NCBI RefSeq assembly: GCF_009914755.1
Contig: NC_060934.1
Direction: 5' to 3' (one strand)
Source: the human T2T-CHM13v2.0 reference genome, Homo sapiens
Length of the DNA stretch: 64,000 nucleotides
Of the stretch, positions 1 to 20,427 are shown one piece after another. Below the pieces are notes generated by a model. The model saw nothing but the letters and a program-made list of their open reading frames with translations. It was not told the origin of the DNA and did no database searches. How positions within the stretch are numbered: position 1 is the first letter of the stretch; each line of letters begins with the position of its first letter. The position numbers were made by a program, and so were the translations under genes.

Positions 1-1790
<1,790 letters not shown>

Positions 1791-3369
1791 AGGCTAGGCA
1801 TTGAGAGAAAAGAAGAACAAAGAGATACTGAGATTGTTATAGCATTTCAAGCAAGTAACCTGAGTTTTACTCTAATCTGGCTGACTTGGATCACATGTTC
1901 ACTTCTTAATTAGTTCACTTCTTAACAAAGCCAGGAGGTAGATTGAACTGATTAATTTAGTTTGATCCTATGCTCCATCTCCTGAATCTGGGGGCAAAAA
2001 AGGTCCCATATCTATATGGAACCCCTAAAGAGACATGAGTTGTTGGGAAGAGGGTAATGCGGAGGTTCCCAAACTTACTTTCTTCCCAGTGCCCTTAGTG
2101 CCTCAATGATTTTTTCATAGTGCCCATGAATCAAAAGAAACATCAAACAGTTCTTTTCTTCTTCCTTTTATTAAGTAGTAACATGCAAACAACTCATTAA
2201 TAGTAGTTCATGCAGTGTCGAATGAATGTCACAATATTTTTCTTAAAATTTAAAAATATTCCACAGTCCTTCTCTGAATTCTCTGTGGTGCCCCAGAACA
2301 CTTCAGTGCATAATTTGGGAAGTGTAAGGGTAATGGCTGAATGGGAGGCAGGCACACATATCCACAGACTTCCCAAGTCAACAACCATAAAAAAAATCAA
2401 ACCAATTATTCAGGAAGAAAGGATATAAACTTTCATAAAGGAGAAGCTAAGAAAGTATAGTTGCAGACACCATTTGTCAATATTTCATCTTGAACATCCA
2501 TAATCTCTAACAAGACCATAGAATGTGGAAGAAGAATGGGGCTCAGGGAAGGGGCAGAAAAGAGATGATAAGCACTCAATCTTGCTTGCTACCCTCTGAG
2601 CCAAGAGCTTTGAAAGATGCTGAAAGTTCCTGTGCTTGCATTTGAAACTCCAGGTCCTTGGTTCTCTTCTACACTGGCTCATATGCAGATCAGAGCTCTG
2701 AATCAAGATAACTAAACCACTTTGTAGATTTGTGTATTAGTCAAAGAACTAGATTAATGGCAAATAAGGATATTAAAATGGCAAAACTAGAGAGACAAAA
2801 ATAAGAACATTTAATAGCTCCTATTTTAAAGGCTATGGTTTTCAATACTAAAATTTAAAACATATGTATAGCTAAATAGGGTAATCCTGATTTCAGGGGT
2901 CCTTCTGTCACTTGCTAATACTGTTTCCTAGTTTTCTACGAACCTGCCCCAAGTGTTTCTAGGAGTTCCCAAAGGCCGTCTTACATGAGCTCACTAACAA
3001 ATCTGGTTACTTTTCACCAAGAAAGTCAGAGTAGAAGAAGAGAATTCACCATCATAAATGGTTTTAATCCCTTTTTGTTCTGTGTGTCCCTCCGCTGCTT
3101 ACTACCACATCCAGGAGGCACTGCTGTGTCCCCTGGGCATATCCAGGCCAGGCCCGCCAGGCACATAAGGCAGCACCACATTGTATGTGCAAGCTGGACA
3201 CTACTGTCTCTTCACTCAGGTACCATTTCATCTACAGAATACAGTTGCATGGTTTTCCATGAGATGAGATACAGAATGCCTTTGTCCTGTTGTGTATTAC
3301 AGCATCATTGAAGGGAACCAAATAAGTACTTTTTGTGTCCCAATATTTTACAGTAATGTTAGTGAAATG

Positions 3370-7791
<4,422 letters not shown>

Positions 7792-8172
7792 AAATCATCT
7801 GCTATATGTAATAGTTTCCTTTTCTCAATAACTGAGTTTTGGTTGCTCAGGCAACTTCCCTCCATGACTCTCTCTTTCAGATTCTCTTCTCTTCCAGTGA
7901 ATTCTTTCCCAGAAGCTTCCTTGGCCATTCATGCAAACAGACCTCTGTTGGACCTACTCCAGGCTTTCCCCAAAGAGCCAGCATTCCAGTGCAGGACACA
8001 CTAGCTCAAATTAAGAATCTCTCTCACACTAGCATGCTGGAGAGTGCTGGTTCATGGGTGGTATAAGAGGTATCCATAATAAATTAGTTTGTATTCCTTC
8101 TCACCAATGATACAGTTCCAGCTTTAGATTTTATAAAATGAAATCATCTCATTGGAGCATTCAGTCAGAGGT

Positions 8173-8253
8173 TTAGGTTGGTGCAAAAGTAATTGCGGGT
8201 TTGCCATTGAAAGTAGTGGCAAAACCCGCAATTACTTTTGTACCAATCAAATA
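8173..8253. mobile_element. MADE1 mariner-derived MITE (miR-548-family-type hairpin)
   Basis: TTAGGTTGGTGCAAAAGTAATTGCGGG...GGCAAAACCCGCAATTACTTTTGTACCAA; ~80-bp palindrome of two terminal inverted repeats. Confidence 0.93.
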
Positions 8254-8760
8254 ATATAAAATACACAGTGGCATAAATGGAGTGAAATGGACTTGAGAGA
8301 TATTAAGGAGATAGTATTTGTAGGCTTTGGGGACCATTTTGAAAGAGGGATAAGGAAGAGAAAGCAAAGTCGACGTGCAGGTTTCTGGCTTGAAAAAATA
8401 GGATACATCTTGGTATTATTCACAAAGAAAGGGGACCTTGAGGCTGAAATACATCTCAGATGTAGACACGCTGACTGTAGCTTTTTGGGGAACATCTTCA
8501 TGGATATGTCAAGTAACCAGTAGAATATACAGATGTGAAGCTCGGGAGAGAAATCCAACTGGACAGATAGATTTTTGAATAATCAGCATTTAGATGAAAT
8601 AAACTATGTAAATCTATAAGATCACCCAGAAGGAAAGTTAGGTGACATGTAAAGAGAAGCTGGCCATAGACAAAACCCTGAAAGATAGAAAAATTTAATA
8701 TACCAAAAGTAAAAAAAAAAAAAAAGAACCCATATTGAGCATTTTTACCTAATCAACCAG
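8254..8760 (-). mobile_element. LINE-2 fragment
   Basis: GGACTTGAGAGATATT, GGTTTCTGGCTTG, TGAAGCTCGGGAGAGAAATCC, AATCAGCATTTAGATG are typical antisense L2 motifs. Confidence 0.6.
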
Positions 8761-8864
8761 AGAATTCACAGGAAAAATGCAAAGTTATGGTGTCTCATTT
8801 TGCAAGAGGAATAAGCAGATCATGGATGTCAAATGTTGTGATTTATTTTTAGGATCTGCTGTGG

Positions 8865-9052
8865 TAGTGGTTTGCTAAATGTGGTCCAGTGCCAGTGACA
8901 CCAGCATCATCTGTAACTTGTTAGACATGCAAATTCTTGGGCTCCACACCAGACCCACTGAGTCAGAAATTCTGGGGGGTGGAGCCCTGCAATCTGAATT
9001 TCAAATCTTCGAGGTGATTCTGAGATGCACACTTTAAGTTTGAGAACCATTG
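8865..9052. mobile_element. MER5A (hAT-Charlie) DNA transposon
   Basis: TGTTAGACATGCAAATTCTTGGGCTCCACACCAGACCCACTGAGTCAGAAATTCTGGGG...AGTTTGAGAACCATTG; ~190 bp. Confidence 0.85.
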
Positions 9053-9296
9053 CTCTAAAAGGCTGGGTGGGGGCAGGGTGTGGATATTCAAGCCTAACCC
9101 TAAAAATTCTGACTCAGTTGGCCTGGAGAAGGGCCCAAGCACTGGTATTAAAAGTAAAACAAAACAAAACCTCCAAATGTGCTGGCAAAATTAAGAACTA
9201 CCATTTAATGGTGACATTTCCTGTGTATTGTCATTGAAACGGGAAGACTTACATTTTACATTTTAAAAAAATTAGGAGAAGTTTAGAGATACTATG

Positions 9297-9646
9297 TGTT
9301 ATGGTCTAAATGTGTCCCTCCAAAATTGATGCTGAAACCTATCCCCATTGTGATGGTATTAATAGGTGGAGCCTTTTGGGATGTGATTAAGTCATGAGGG
9401 CTCTGTCTTCATGAATGGAATTAATGCCCTGATAGAAGAAGTTGAAGGGAGCTTCCCGGCCCATCTGCCATGTGAGGACACAGCAAGAGATACCATCTAC
9501 AAAGCAGAGAGTGAGCCCTCACCAGACACCAGATATGCTGGTGCCTTGATCTTGGACTTCTCAGCCTCTAGAACTGTGGGAAATAAATTTCTATTATTCT
9601 TAAATTATGCAGTATTTTGTTACAGTGGGCCAAATGAATTAAGACG
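9297..9646 (+). mobile_element. MaLR solo LTR (MST/MLT1A-like)
   Basis: TGTTATGGTCTAAATGTGTCCCTCCAAAA...CTTGATCTTGGACTTCTCAGCCTCTAGAACTGTGGGAAATAAATTTCT...TAAGAC. Confidence 0.88.
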
Positions 9647-9689
9647 CTAAGTTTTGTGAGATTATTTGTTCTCCCTCACCACACTCCAA

Positions 9690-10685
9690 CATGTGAAGAG
9701 CTTGGAAGTTGTCACTTAGCTTCCTTGTAAGAAAAAAGCTAAATAAACTGAAAATCAACAACTCTTCTTAGATCCATCAGAAAATTGAAGTCACAGGGCA
9801 AACTGCTGCCTCCGAAAATGGAAAGGCAGATAAATACAAAGAATCACAGCTTATCAGAAGCAGAAGTTACTGAAATAAGTAACTAGCAGGAACACTTAAA
9901 TAGTAATTGATAAATTTCCAGAGGCTAAGGGTGAACTAGCTTGAGAGTTTAAAACCCCTGGAGCCCACACTTTCCTGAATTTAACTCCAGAAGCTTCATC
10001 AGGTTCTCACGGTGAAGATCAGAGGAAAATTCCTTTCTTCTTTAAGCAGGGAGAGGGGAAAAGTAAGAATTTTTCAGTACATCCAGGGGATAAGTGACCA
10101 TTTTTAGATACATCCAGAATGTTCTGTTCTCTTCAGCAAAGACCTGACTTCAAGGAAAACTCCTTTACCAGAGCCTTATCTGACCTAAGTAAGGGCAATT
10201 AGACAAATCGAGCTCTCCCTAACCTTCTCACACAATGAGAAGTGTTAAAAAGGCTAACAAATGCTTTTGAAAGTCACAGTCCAGAGACTAAGGCCCACTA
10301 AAACAACCCCCGAGAGTGAATCATAAGCTTAGAACACACTTCCCCTCCCCAATATGTTACCATTGCATCAACAGGGCTTCACAATAATAGCAGTGGACTA
10401 CGGTTGAGGGAGCTCATTACAGACTCTATTTGAGAAGGAGTTCTTTGGGAAGCTCAAAGATAACAGGGAAGGAAAAAGAAAACACACCAAAAACCAAAAA
10501 CCAAAAACCAAAACCTAGAGGAAACATAAGCTTCTGGCACAGCTACAACAAATTAAACATAGCTCAGCTCCTAGCCAGATTAACATAATATCTCACACTA
10601 AAAGCCTGATTACCTTAGTTCCTATTGCCAGATACATCACATGTGGCTTTCAGCAAAAAATCACAAAGTTAAATGGCAAGACAAG
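9690..10685 (+). mobile_element. Old L1M 5'-region fragment
   Basis: AAACTGAAAATCAACAACTCTTCTTAGATCCATCAG...CACAGGGCAAACTGCTGCC and CTCCTAGCCAGATTAACATA resemble L1M 5'-end sequence. Confidence 0.55.
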
Positions 10686-10860
10686 GTTATGACACTCAAC
10701 TTCCCAATAACACATCTGTAGAGACATCTGCCCTGCCTAGCTTCTCTTCCCAATGGCAAAGAGATATTTTATGACCTACTGAGATTCTGTGGGCTTCAAA
10801 GTGAGGTACAGGGGAAAAGAGGTTGAGCCTAGGGGTTCACAAGTTTAAACCAACAGCTTT

Positions 10861-11103
10861 AGTGACATTGTTAAGGGTACGGGCTCTGTAGCCACAGTAC
10901 CTGGATATGAATACTGGCTCTGCTACATACCAGTTGTTGACTTGGCTTAGCTTTTCTATGCATCTATTACCAGTCTGTTAGATAGTGCTTATTTTCCATC
11001 TACCTCATAGGGTTGTTATAATGAGTAAATGGAATAATACAAATTAGGCACTTACAAGTGCACCTTGCACATAACAAGCACTAAAAATATCTGCCACTAT
11101 TAT
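10861..11103 (+). mobile_element. MIR SINE
   Basis: GGCTCTGTAGCCAC...CTGGCTCTGCTAC...CTACCTCATAGGGTTGTT core and 3' tail. Confidence 0.75.
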
Positions 11104-12479
11104 GCAGAAAGGCTCAAAGTCATTCAGTGATCTAGATTTCCACTACATCTCCTGTTCCCTTACTATTAGTGATCTTGTGTTATGTCAAGGAAAGATTTTA
11201 TTCTGACTCATGGAGGAGTTAAATGACAAGGAGCCACAGTACTAATTTGCTGGCTGTAAAGAAAAAATTTTATTTGCTCTCGTCCAAATTTAACTATCTT
11301 TAGAGCACATTAATACATATAATATCCACTGCTTTATCGCTAAGAGATTCTGATGTCTTCATGTCCTGGGGTTAAACTAAAACCCAATGTCAGCAGTAGG
11401 TACAGATTTAAACCATCAACAATTGTCCATTAGAAGAAAAACTCATCCTTAGAACAGCATGACTCAAGGATGATGGATTTTCAGAGAAAATGTGGCCTAA
11501 TCCTGAGAAGACAATTTCTAATTTTAAGGAACCTAAGTGAAATATTTCACTTGACTATAAGTATTATAAATTGATCACTTAATTATATTGTATTATAATT
11601 TCTATCTATCAATGTTGGCTTATAGTTTGGTTTGTCCATTTTATATTTGACATTAGTTTTTATTAACTACTAAGGAAAAAATGGGTGATATGGCTATAAG
11701 CTTGGGGCAGCAGTAAATTATCTCCCATATGTATTCCTTTCCACTAAATCTCACATCAACCTTTAATAGTCTTCTTGCCTTAAGAGGCACATTGGTTTCC
11801 ATGTTGGTGCCTTACTTAAATTCTTGATTACATTTGTTTTGCTGTGATGTTGTATCCAATAGCAATGACTACTCACAGAAGTATGGTTTGAGTTATTTTT
11901 AGTATTTAAAAATATTTATACTCTTAACCCAGCGGTTCTTGTATTTTCTGAAATATATGAAGATACACACATATGCATGCACACACACGTGTAAGTACAC
12001 AGATGTTTGTTGTATCATTTTTGTAAAGAAAAAACTGGAAGAAGACTATTAGTAGAAGAAAGGCTAAATAAATTATGAAATTTCTCTATGTTGGAAGATT
12101 ATATCATTAAAAATTAATTATAATTAAAAATTAAATTATATCATTATTATCATTAAAATGATAATATTATATCATTAAAAAGAATGATACAGATATTATC
12201 TACATTTAAAGGACTGATATAGAATGGATGTAGATATTTATGCACTGATAGGTAAAGTGCTGAAAGTATATTTGTGAAAGAAAAGTTGGAAGAGTATGAT
12301 CTCAAACTCTGTAAAAAAAAAAAAACCACACAAAAATGAAAACAAAAACCCACAATGGCATACACACAGAGAATCTTTTAACATGCTTGATTCTGGGAAT
12401 TAGTAATGTGGGAGGGCAAAGGTAAAAGGGAGTTTATTTTCTATCATCTTATGAGTTTTAATATCTTAACATTTTATAA

Positions 12480-13650
<1,171 letters not shown>

Positions 13651-14129
13651 GAAAAAATATATATATTAGGTAGACAGACATTTGTTTTTATAAATAGATT
13701 TCAAACATATTTGAGATGTAAAATAAGTCACAAAATAATATGTAAGGTATTATCACACTTCATTTTTTAAAAAACTATATTTTACATGTATTGAAAATGC
13801 AGGCATAGACTAATGTCTGGACCACAGAAGAATGTATTCATTTGGAATAAAAATATTATTTAAAAGCATTTATTTGATTAAGTACCTCTTAAAACATTGT
13901 TTTCCCATGCTTGTGAACCCAAAATATCCAGGAAAACATACAGTAATAGGTATGGCCAAGGGTATGTTTTCCTGAGGTTCTACTATATTTATTAGTTCAC
14001 ATAATGCCTTTTCCAACAATTGTAGCACACTGAAACAGAAACAAATCAATTGGGAAAAGAGGTAAACATGGTACCTATTTAGTTCCTATATTGCAATGGG
14101 GATTTTAAGAAATCTTTCAAGAAATATTG

Positions 14130-16230
14130 TAGTATAATAGAGACATATTAAAGTATAAATCCTAAGTGTCTATCTCAGCAAATTAACACAAAGTGAACAT
14201 TTTTATAACCACCACCCAGGTCAAAAAATAGAATGTCAGTAACACTAACATGCCAAAATCCTCCTCTTGGTCCCTCTACATATCTAAACCCTCTCACTTT
14301 CTGAGAAGTAACCAATATTCTGATTTTTATCACCATAGATTAGTTTTGTCTATTTTTGAACTTTATATAAATGGAAACACAATGGTTAGTGTTCTGAATG
14401 CCCATTGTTTGAATGGACATTTTACACTGCTATTTATATATGTGCTGCTGTGGACATGTGTGTACATGTCTTTGCACTTACGTACGCAGGTGCACATATG
14501 TATGCAGTTACACCTAGGAGTGGAATTTTGCTGGGTCATAAGGCTTGAGTCTGGTCAGCTTTAGTATATAATACAGAATAGTTTTCTAAACTGCCAGTAC
14601 CAATTTACATTCCTACCAGCAATATATGTGCGTCCACTGCTCTATATCCTCTCCACAGAGCCCTGCCAGGCTTTTCTGTTTTATCCATTCTGGTGGATTT
14701 GAAGTGACATCTCTTTTATTGTTCTGTCTTCCGTTCCCCTGAAGAGTAATGATGCCCCTTTCCATAGCTTTATTGGCCATTTGGATATCCTGCTTTGTGG
14801 AGCTCTGTTGAAGTCTTCTGCTTGCTTTTCTATTTGGTTATTTGTATATTTCTTACTCATCTGTAGTTCTTCCATAGTCTCGGTATGAGCTCTTTTTTGG
14901 TTATACAGGCTGCAAATGTATGGGTCTTTTACTTTGTGGTTTTCAATTTTACTTTATTGATGTCTTTAAATGATGGAAGTTCTTAATTTTAATACAGTCT
15001 AATTTATCAATCTTTTTCTTTTTAGATAATGCTTTTTTAATTCTAACAAAACTTGGCCTCGCCTAAGAACCTGAAAATAATCTTGTATTTTATTTTCTAG
15101 AAGGCTTAATGTTTGAAATTTCATATTTATATACAATCACTACAATTTGCTTGTATGGATTTTTGTGTATGGTATTAATTCAGGGTCAAGTTTCATTTTT
15201 ACCATATGGATAGGAAATTGACTCAACACCATTTATCGAAAAGATGCCACCTGTCACAAATCAAGAGTCTATAAATATACATAAATCAGTTTTTGAACTC
15301 TCCTTTCTGGTTCATTAGCCTTTTTTTAAAATCCAAACTCTTAATTACTTTGTTTTATAATTTCTCTGTAATTCCTTTTCTTCTTCAAGACTCTTAGCTA
15401 TTTTCGGCCCTATGCATTTCCATGTAAATTTTAGAATCAGCTTGTCAGTTTTCATAAAAACCTACTGGAACTTTTATTGAATATGTTTGAATATATTCAT
15501 TACATTAAACCCAATGAATGTAGGGAGAACTAACATCATCCAATGCATACATATTTATTAAGGTCTTGTATGCTTTTGAAAATGTTTTATGGTGTTCTGT
15601 ATAGAGGTGTACATTTTTTATTAGGCTTACTCCTAGGTATTTGATGCTTTGAAGAACTGTTCTTTATGATGTCTTTAATTTTTTTCTAGATGATGTTTAT
15701 TTCTGGTATGGAGAATTACAACCAATTTTTGTGTATTGATTTTGTACTTAGCATTCTTGCTAAATGTTCTTATTCACTCTAAAACTTTATCAGAAGATTC
15801 TTTTGGGTTTTCTGTGACCCAATCATATCACCACTGAATGATTAATTTTATTTCTTACATTCTGATCCTTATGCATTTTATGTCTTTTTCTTGCCTTATT
15901 GCACTGGCTAGACTATTCATTATAATACTGATTAGACATCATTATTTCACTTGGATCCTAGTGAGAGATACTATGTTTGATATAAGGTTTTTTCAGGTAC
16001 TCTTCATCAGATTAAGTAAATTTCCTTCTATTCCTAGTTTTTAAAGAGCTTTCTTTACATCATTAATGAATGTTGAATACATCAGAGGTGTTTTATGCAA
16101 ATTTGAGATCGAGATAATCAAGGTGATCTTAAAATTATCAAAATTGAGATAATTTTTATTTTGTTAATATGATGAATTCATTAACTGATATTATGATGTT
16201 GAACAAAACTTGCATTCTTGGATTCATTTA
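14130..16230 (-). mobile_element. Old L1M (L1MD/ME-like) 3' end and ORF2 remnant
   Basis: Antisense L1 motifs: CACCTAGGAGTGGAATTTTGCTGGGTC, CAATTTACATTCCTACCAGCAAT, CATGTAAATTTTAGAATCAGCTTGTC, TTCCTTCTATTCCTAGTTT. Confidence 0.8.
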
Positions 16231-16320
16231 ATAACCATATGTTATATTTCCTTTTGGACAAAGGCCCTTAATAGTCCCTTTTTCAGAATCACTTGGGCCT
16301 TCTCCAGTTTCTCTCTTATT

Positions 16321-16495
16321 CTCTTCCTCTCTCTCTCTCTCTATATATATATACATAAACACACATGCATGTACATGCACACACTATATGTGTATATATG
16401 TTTTATGGTGTTCTGTATAGAGGTGTACGTTTTTTATTAGGCATGTGTATATATGTGTGTGCATGTACATGCATGTGTGTATATGTGTATGTATC
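16321..16495. repeat. Compound (CT)n/(TA)n/(CA-TG)n microsatellite with a 26-bp inverted repeat and a central templated insert
   Basis: ACACACATGCATGTACATGCACACAC (16359-16384) is the reverse complement of 16455-16480. Confidence 0.85.
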
Positions 16496-16899
16496 TTTTA
16501 CCACTGTATCCCCCAAACACAGGACCTGAAATCTATGAGTTTAGAGTATATGGCAGCACTTAATAGATACTAAATAAACATTTGCTGACTGTATTTAGAT
16601 GCTTTTAGTTGAATCACTCATAGTTAGTATGTACATATCAGATGTCAAATAACTGTTAGATATTTTTCTAGTTAGTCTCATAATTGTTTATACCAGATTT
16701 TTGGAAATAACCCAGGAGAATGAAGTACTCTGTTTAGAATTCCTTTGAATAAGGGCATTTAAAAACGAGCATGTGATTAAGGTAGTAGTACATTTTATGA
16801 GAATATTCTCATTAGGATTTCTGGAGAGTCTCTATTAAATTATTTAGATTTAGAATAGTCTTTGGAATCTGAAAAGCCTTGGTTCTAACCCCTGCTCTA

Positions 16900-17900
16900 A
16901 GGTAGGAACATACCTGGTATATTCAAGGAGCATTGAGGAGGTGGATGTGGCTAGAATAGTGAAGGATGGAGAGTGCAGGACAACGTTGGAGAGTTGAGTG
17001 TGAACAGACCATGCAGACCTTGAAGACCATTGTAAGAATGTTGGCTATAATTTACTAAGAGGTGAAGTCATTGGAAGTTTTGAACAAAACCATGATCTAT
17101 TTACGTTTTCACAGAATTACTTTGGCTGCTCTATTGAAACAGGCTGAAAGATGACAAAGGTAGAAACAAGAAATGCCAGCGGGGGAGGTGATCACACTCA
17201 CCTGCCAGCAGGTGAGTGATGACGGTGGCTAAGCCCAGGTAGTGGGAGGGGAACTGATTTAAAATAGTCAAATTCTGGATGTATTTTGAAAAAAGAACGT
17301 ATGAGCTTTCTTAAGAATTGAACAAGGGGTTTAAGAAAAAGAATAGTCAAGTTTAACCCCAAGGTTTTGGCCCAAGCCTTTCAAAGGATGGAATTACTAC
17401 TGTGTGAAATAAAAGATTGAGATTGCAGAAGGAACAGATTTGGTGAGTGGGGTTGGTATCTGAAGCTCAGTTTGGGGAAGTTTTAAGTTTGCAGTGTCTA
17501 TTAGCCATCCAAATAAAGAGGCCAATTAAGCCTGGAGTTAATTGATTCAGACTGGAGATATTTATTTGGGAGCCACTGGCATATAGATGATTGGCATAAA
17601 GCTAAGAATATTTATCGCTTAGAGAAGGTACGTGGACAGAGAAGGAAAGACATGCAAGGACTGGGCCCTGGCAGTCTAATGTTGATAGTTCGGGGAGAGG
17701 AGGATCAACAAGTAAGGGAGCCTGAAAGGAGTAGCTAGAAAAGCATTAGGGAAATCAGGCGAGTACAGCATGGTGTTCTACAGGCCAAGTGCAGGAAGTA
17801 TTTCAAGGAGGATAGAGGACCAACTGTGAGGATTTGCCACAGGAAGGAGCACAAGGACAGAGAACCTACCACTGGCTGTAACAACATTACAGCACGTTGT
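16900..17900 (-). mobile_element. LINE-2 fragment
   Basis: GTCATTGGAAGTTTTGAACA, TTTGGCTGCTCTATTGA, AATTCTGGATGTATTTTGAA, GACTGGAGATATTTATTTGGGAGCCACTGGCATATAGATG. Confidence 0.75.
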
Positions 17901-19229
17901 ATTACTGAGGGGGATACTGATGCAGAAGAAAGAAGGTTAAGTTCAGGATAAAAGTCCTTGAGTAGATGAGAGGCTGTGGAATTCCATATTCAAGGAGAGG
18001 GCCTTCCCTTCTTTCTAGTTAAGAAGAAAACCAGGCAGAAAATCCCTAAACCCAAAAGTAGTACCTATTTGAACAATAAGGAAGACTATCCTAATAATCC
18101 TGTAAAGATCTGGAATGAGGCTGTTAAGTCTCCTTACCTGGGAAGTTATTTTAATCTTTAGAGACACTCAATAAATAATACGATGCTTTCATCTGGGAGT
18201 GGGTGGGTGGGTCATTCCTGTTGGATAATGCTAAATTTCATCTCATTATTCAATATGCAATTAAATTTGTCTACCAATGTCTTAGAATGCAAAAAAAAGA
18301 GTCTTAAAGGACTCTAAAATTTTTGAACTGCAAGAAAAAAATCCTTTAGATTTCAAGAATAGTAATTTTTGTTGCTGCTGTTTCATAAAACAAAATGCCG
18401 TAGGTTATTCTTTTGCAAGTCTAGTTAATGACCAGACTTAGGAAAGAGAGACCTGAAGCAAAGCCTATGGCAATTAATGTTCTAGAAACTCATTAATTGA
18501 TAGAAGACTAAAATGACCCAGTGTTTAGCAATTCTACATCTGTAATAATTGGGACTGGAATAGTTCAAAAATTTCAACTCTAAAATTTTGGTTTCATTCA
18601 TAAATTATAGAGAGAGTGTTTAAAAACTGGCTTTGAAATATTAATTTTTGCAATATCATTTGAGAATTTTTCAAGCTTAAAAATTATGATTAAGAATTAT
18701 TATAGAAGAGATGATATAGAAGAGACAAAAATCTCTGCCTAGCAGAATTTATATTATAGTAAATGAGACATGTAACATGCAACAAATGCAATAAATAGAT
18801 AAATTATATAATGTATGTGAAGAGGATTAAATGCTATGAAAAAATAGAGCTGGGTAAGGGTTGTATTTCACCTTTTAGAAAGTTTACAGTTCATACACTA
18901 AGTGAGCATAAGATTAAAAATAAGCCAATTACAATTCTTTTTACATACTTGGTTGCTTCCCTTGCTGGAGATTATAACAGTTCTGTTCCTACCCTCCTGA
19001 GATGAAAAGGAAAGGTGAGATGAGGTGAGCAGAGCTGCTGGCTGGGGCAGGAAACAGAACAGTGGAGTGAAAGGAAAGATGCTTAGTCATGTAATGACGG
19101 GCACTGACTTAAACAATGCTAAATCTAGATTTGGTAAACTCTATTAAATACTTTTTCAGGTTTTACAACAAAACCAAGTCCCTTAAACAGAAATAACTTA
19201 GGTGTTGCTGTTTGTTTGTTACTGTGTAG

Positions 19230-19420
19230 TATTCTTCTTGACCCAACCCCTAACTAACCCCACTAGTTTGGTGACCTTGATAAAGTCACCTCTTTCTCAG
19301 GTTCCAAGGAACACTGACATCCTGACATCATAATGTTATTATAGGATTAAGTGAGATTTTAACTGGTAAAGAGCGTAAAGCTCTTTAGAACTATTATTAC
19401 TGTAGCTTAATAATAATACA
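19230..19420 (+). mobile_element. MIR fragment
   Basis: GTGACCTTGATAAAGTCAC...GTTATTATAGGATTAAGTGAGAT. Confidence 0.5.
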
Positions 19421-20149
19421 TTACTTTCTTAATTCTAATGTTTTTTTCAAGGGTTGAGAAAAAAAAGCAGAGGTTCCAATATCTGTATGGTCTTGAATTT
19501 GAGTGTCATTAACAATAACCCCTACTGAGACTATTACTGCAGTAACATAGGTGCATAAAATTAAAAAAGCTAAGCAAAAGATACATGAAGCCAAGCCAAA
19601 GGGCCCTAGCCTATCCCTAAGTTAGTAAATCTCTTCATATTCTTTGGTCCCTGCTCAAACGCAGGAGCTGCACATATTTATCTGTGGTAGTTAAATAAAT
19701 TATTCCTCTTTTCATAAACATACAAACATAGATGATTATATTATCATTAACATTGATGGAAAAAATGTAAATGTTTTGTGACTAAAACTCCACATATGTT
19801 CAATTATTTTGTTTTAAAACAGTAGTGAAGTGGTATTTGACAAAATGGAAAACAAAAGTAAGGTAAATAAAGAGAACAGGTGTTAGGGATTCAGTTAATG
19901 GGAGACACCACAGATTTTGTTTATTATAGAACTCATGAAAAACTGTGTATTTCTATTATGAGAATTCTACACCTTACTTTCTGCTATAACAACTGCTTTG
20001 AACCATTCAATAATTAAGTAGTTAAAAATCAAACACTCATTTACTGGACACCCCCTGCCCTCGATATGCCTGGCTCCACAGACATCCCCCTTGATATACC
20101 TGGTGTGCACCTTTCTGAAAACATGTTGTAGAGGCACTCAAGTTTTCAT

Positions 20150-20427
20150 GTCTTGTAACTTAAAAGAGGAAATCACAATTCCTCTGCAACTCCAATCACT
20201 CTTACCCGGCTCTATTTTTTCATAGCATTTAATCCTCTTCAAACACATCATGTAATTTACCTATTTATTGCATTTGTTGCATGTTACGTGTCTCATTTAC
20301 TATAATATAAATTCTGCTAGGCAGAGATTTTTGTCTATCTGATTCCTTAATGTATCTTAAGAAATTAGAATGGTGCCTGAGTACGTAGAAGCAGGTCAAT
20401 AAATATTTGTCAGAAAAATGAATAAAG
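20150..20427 (+). mobile_element. LINE-2 (L2a-like) 3' end
   Basis: GGCAGAGATTTTTGTCT...TAGAATGGTGCCTG...CAATAAATATTTGTCAGAAAAATGAAT terminal motif. Confidence 0.75.

Noticed and set aside
2065-2320. Possible hAT/Charlie-type DNA transposon remnant
   Set aside because: Terminal motifs are suggestive but too degenerate to assign
2985-3311. 108-aa ORF in non-repetitive-looking sequence, possible pseudogene or exon
   Set aside because: No recognisable homology, poly(A)/TSD or convincing splice pair; cannot be supported without a search
16359-16480. p53 response element from repeated CATG cores
   Set aside because: The cores belong to an alternating purine-pyrimidine microsatellite and their flanks do not fit RRRCWWGYYY
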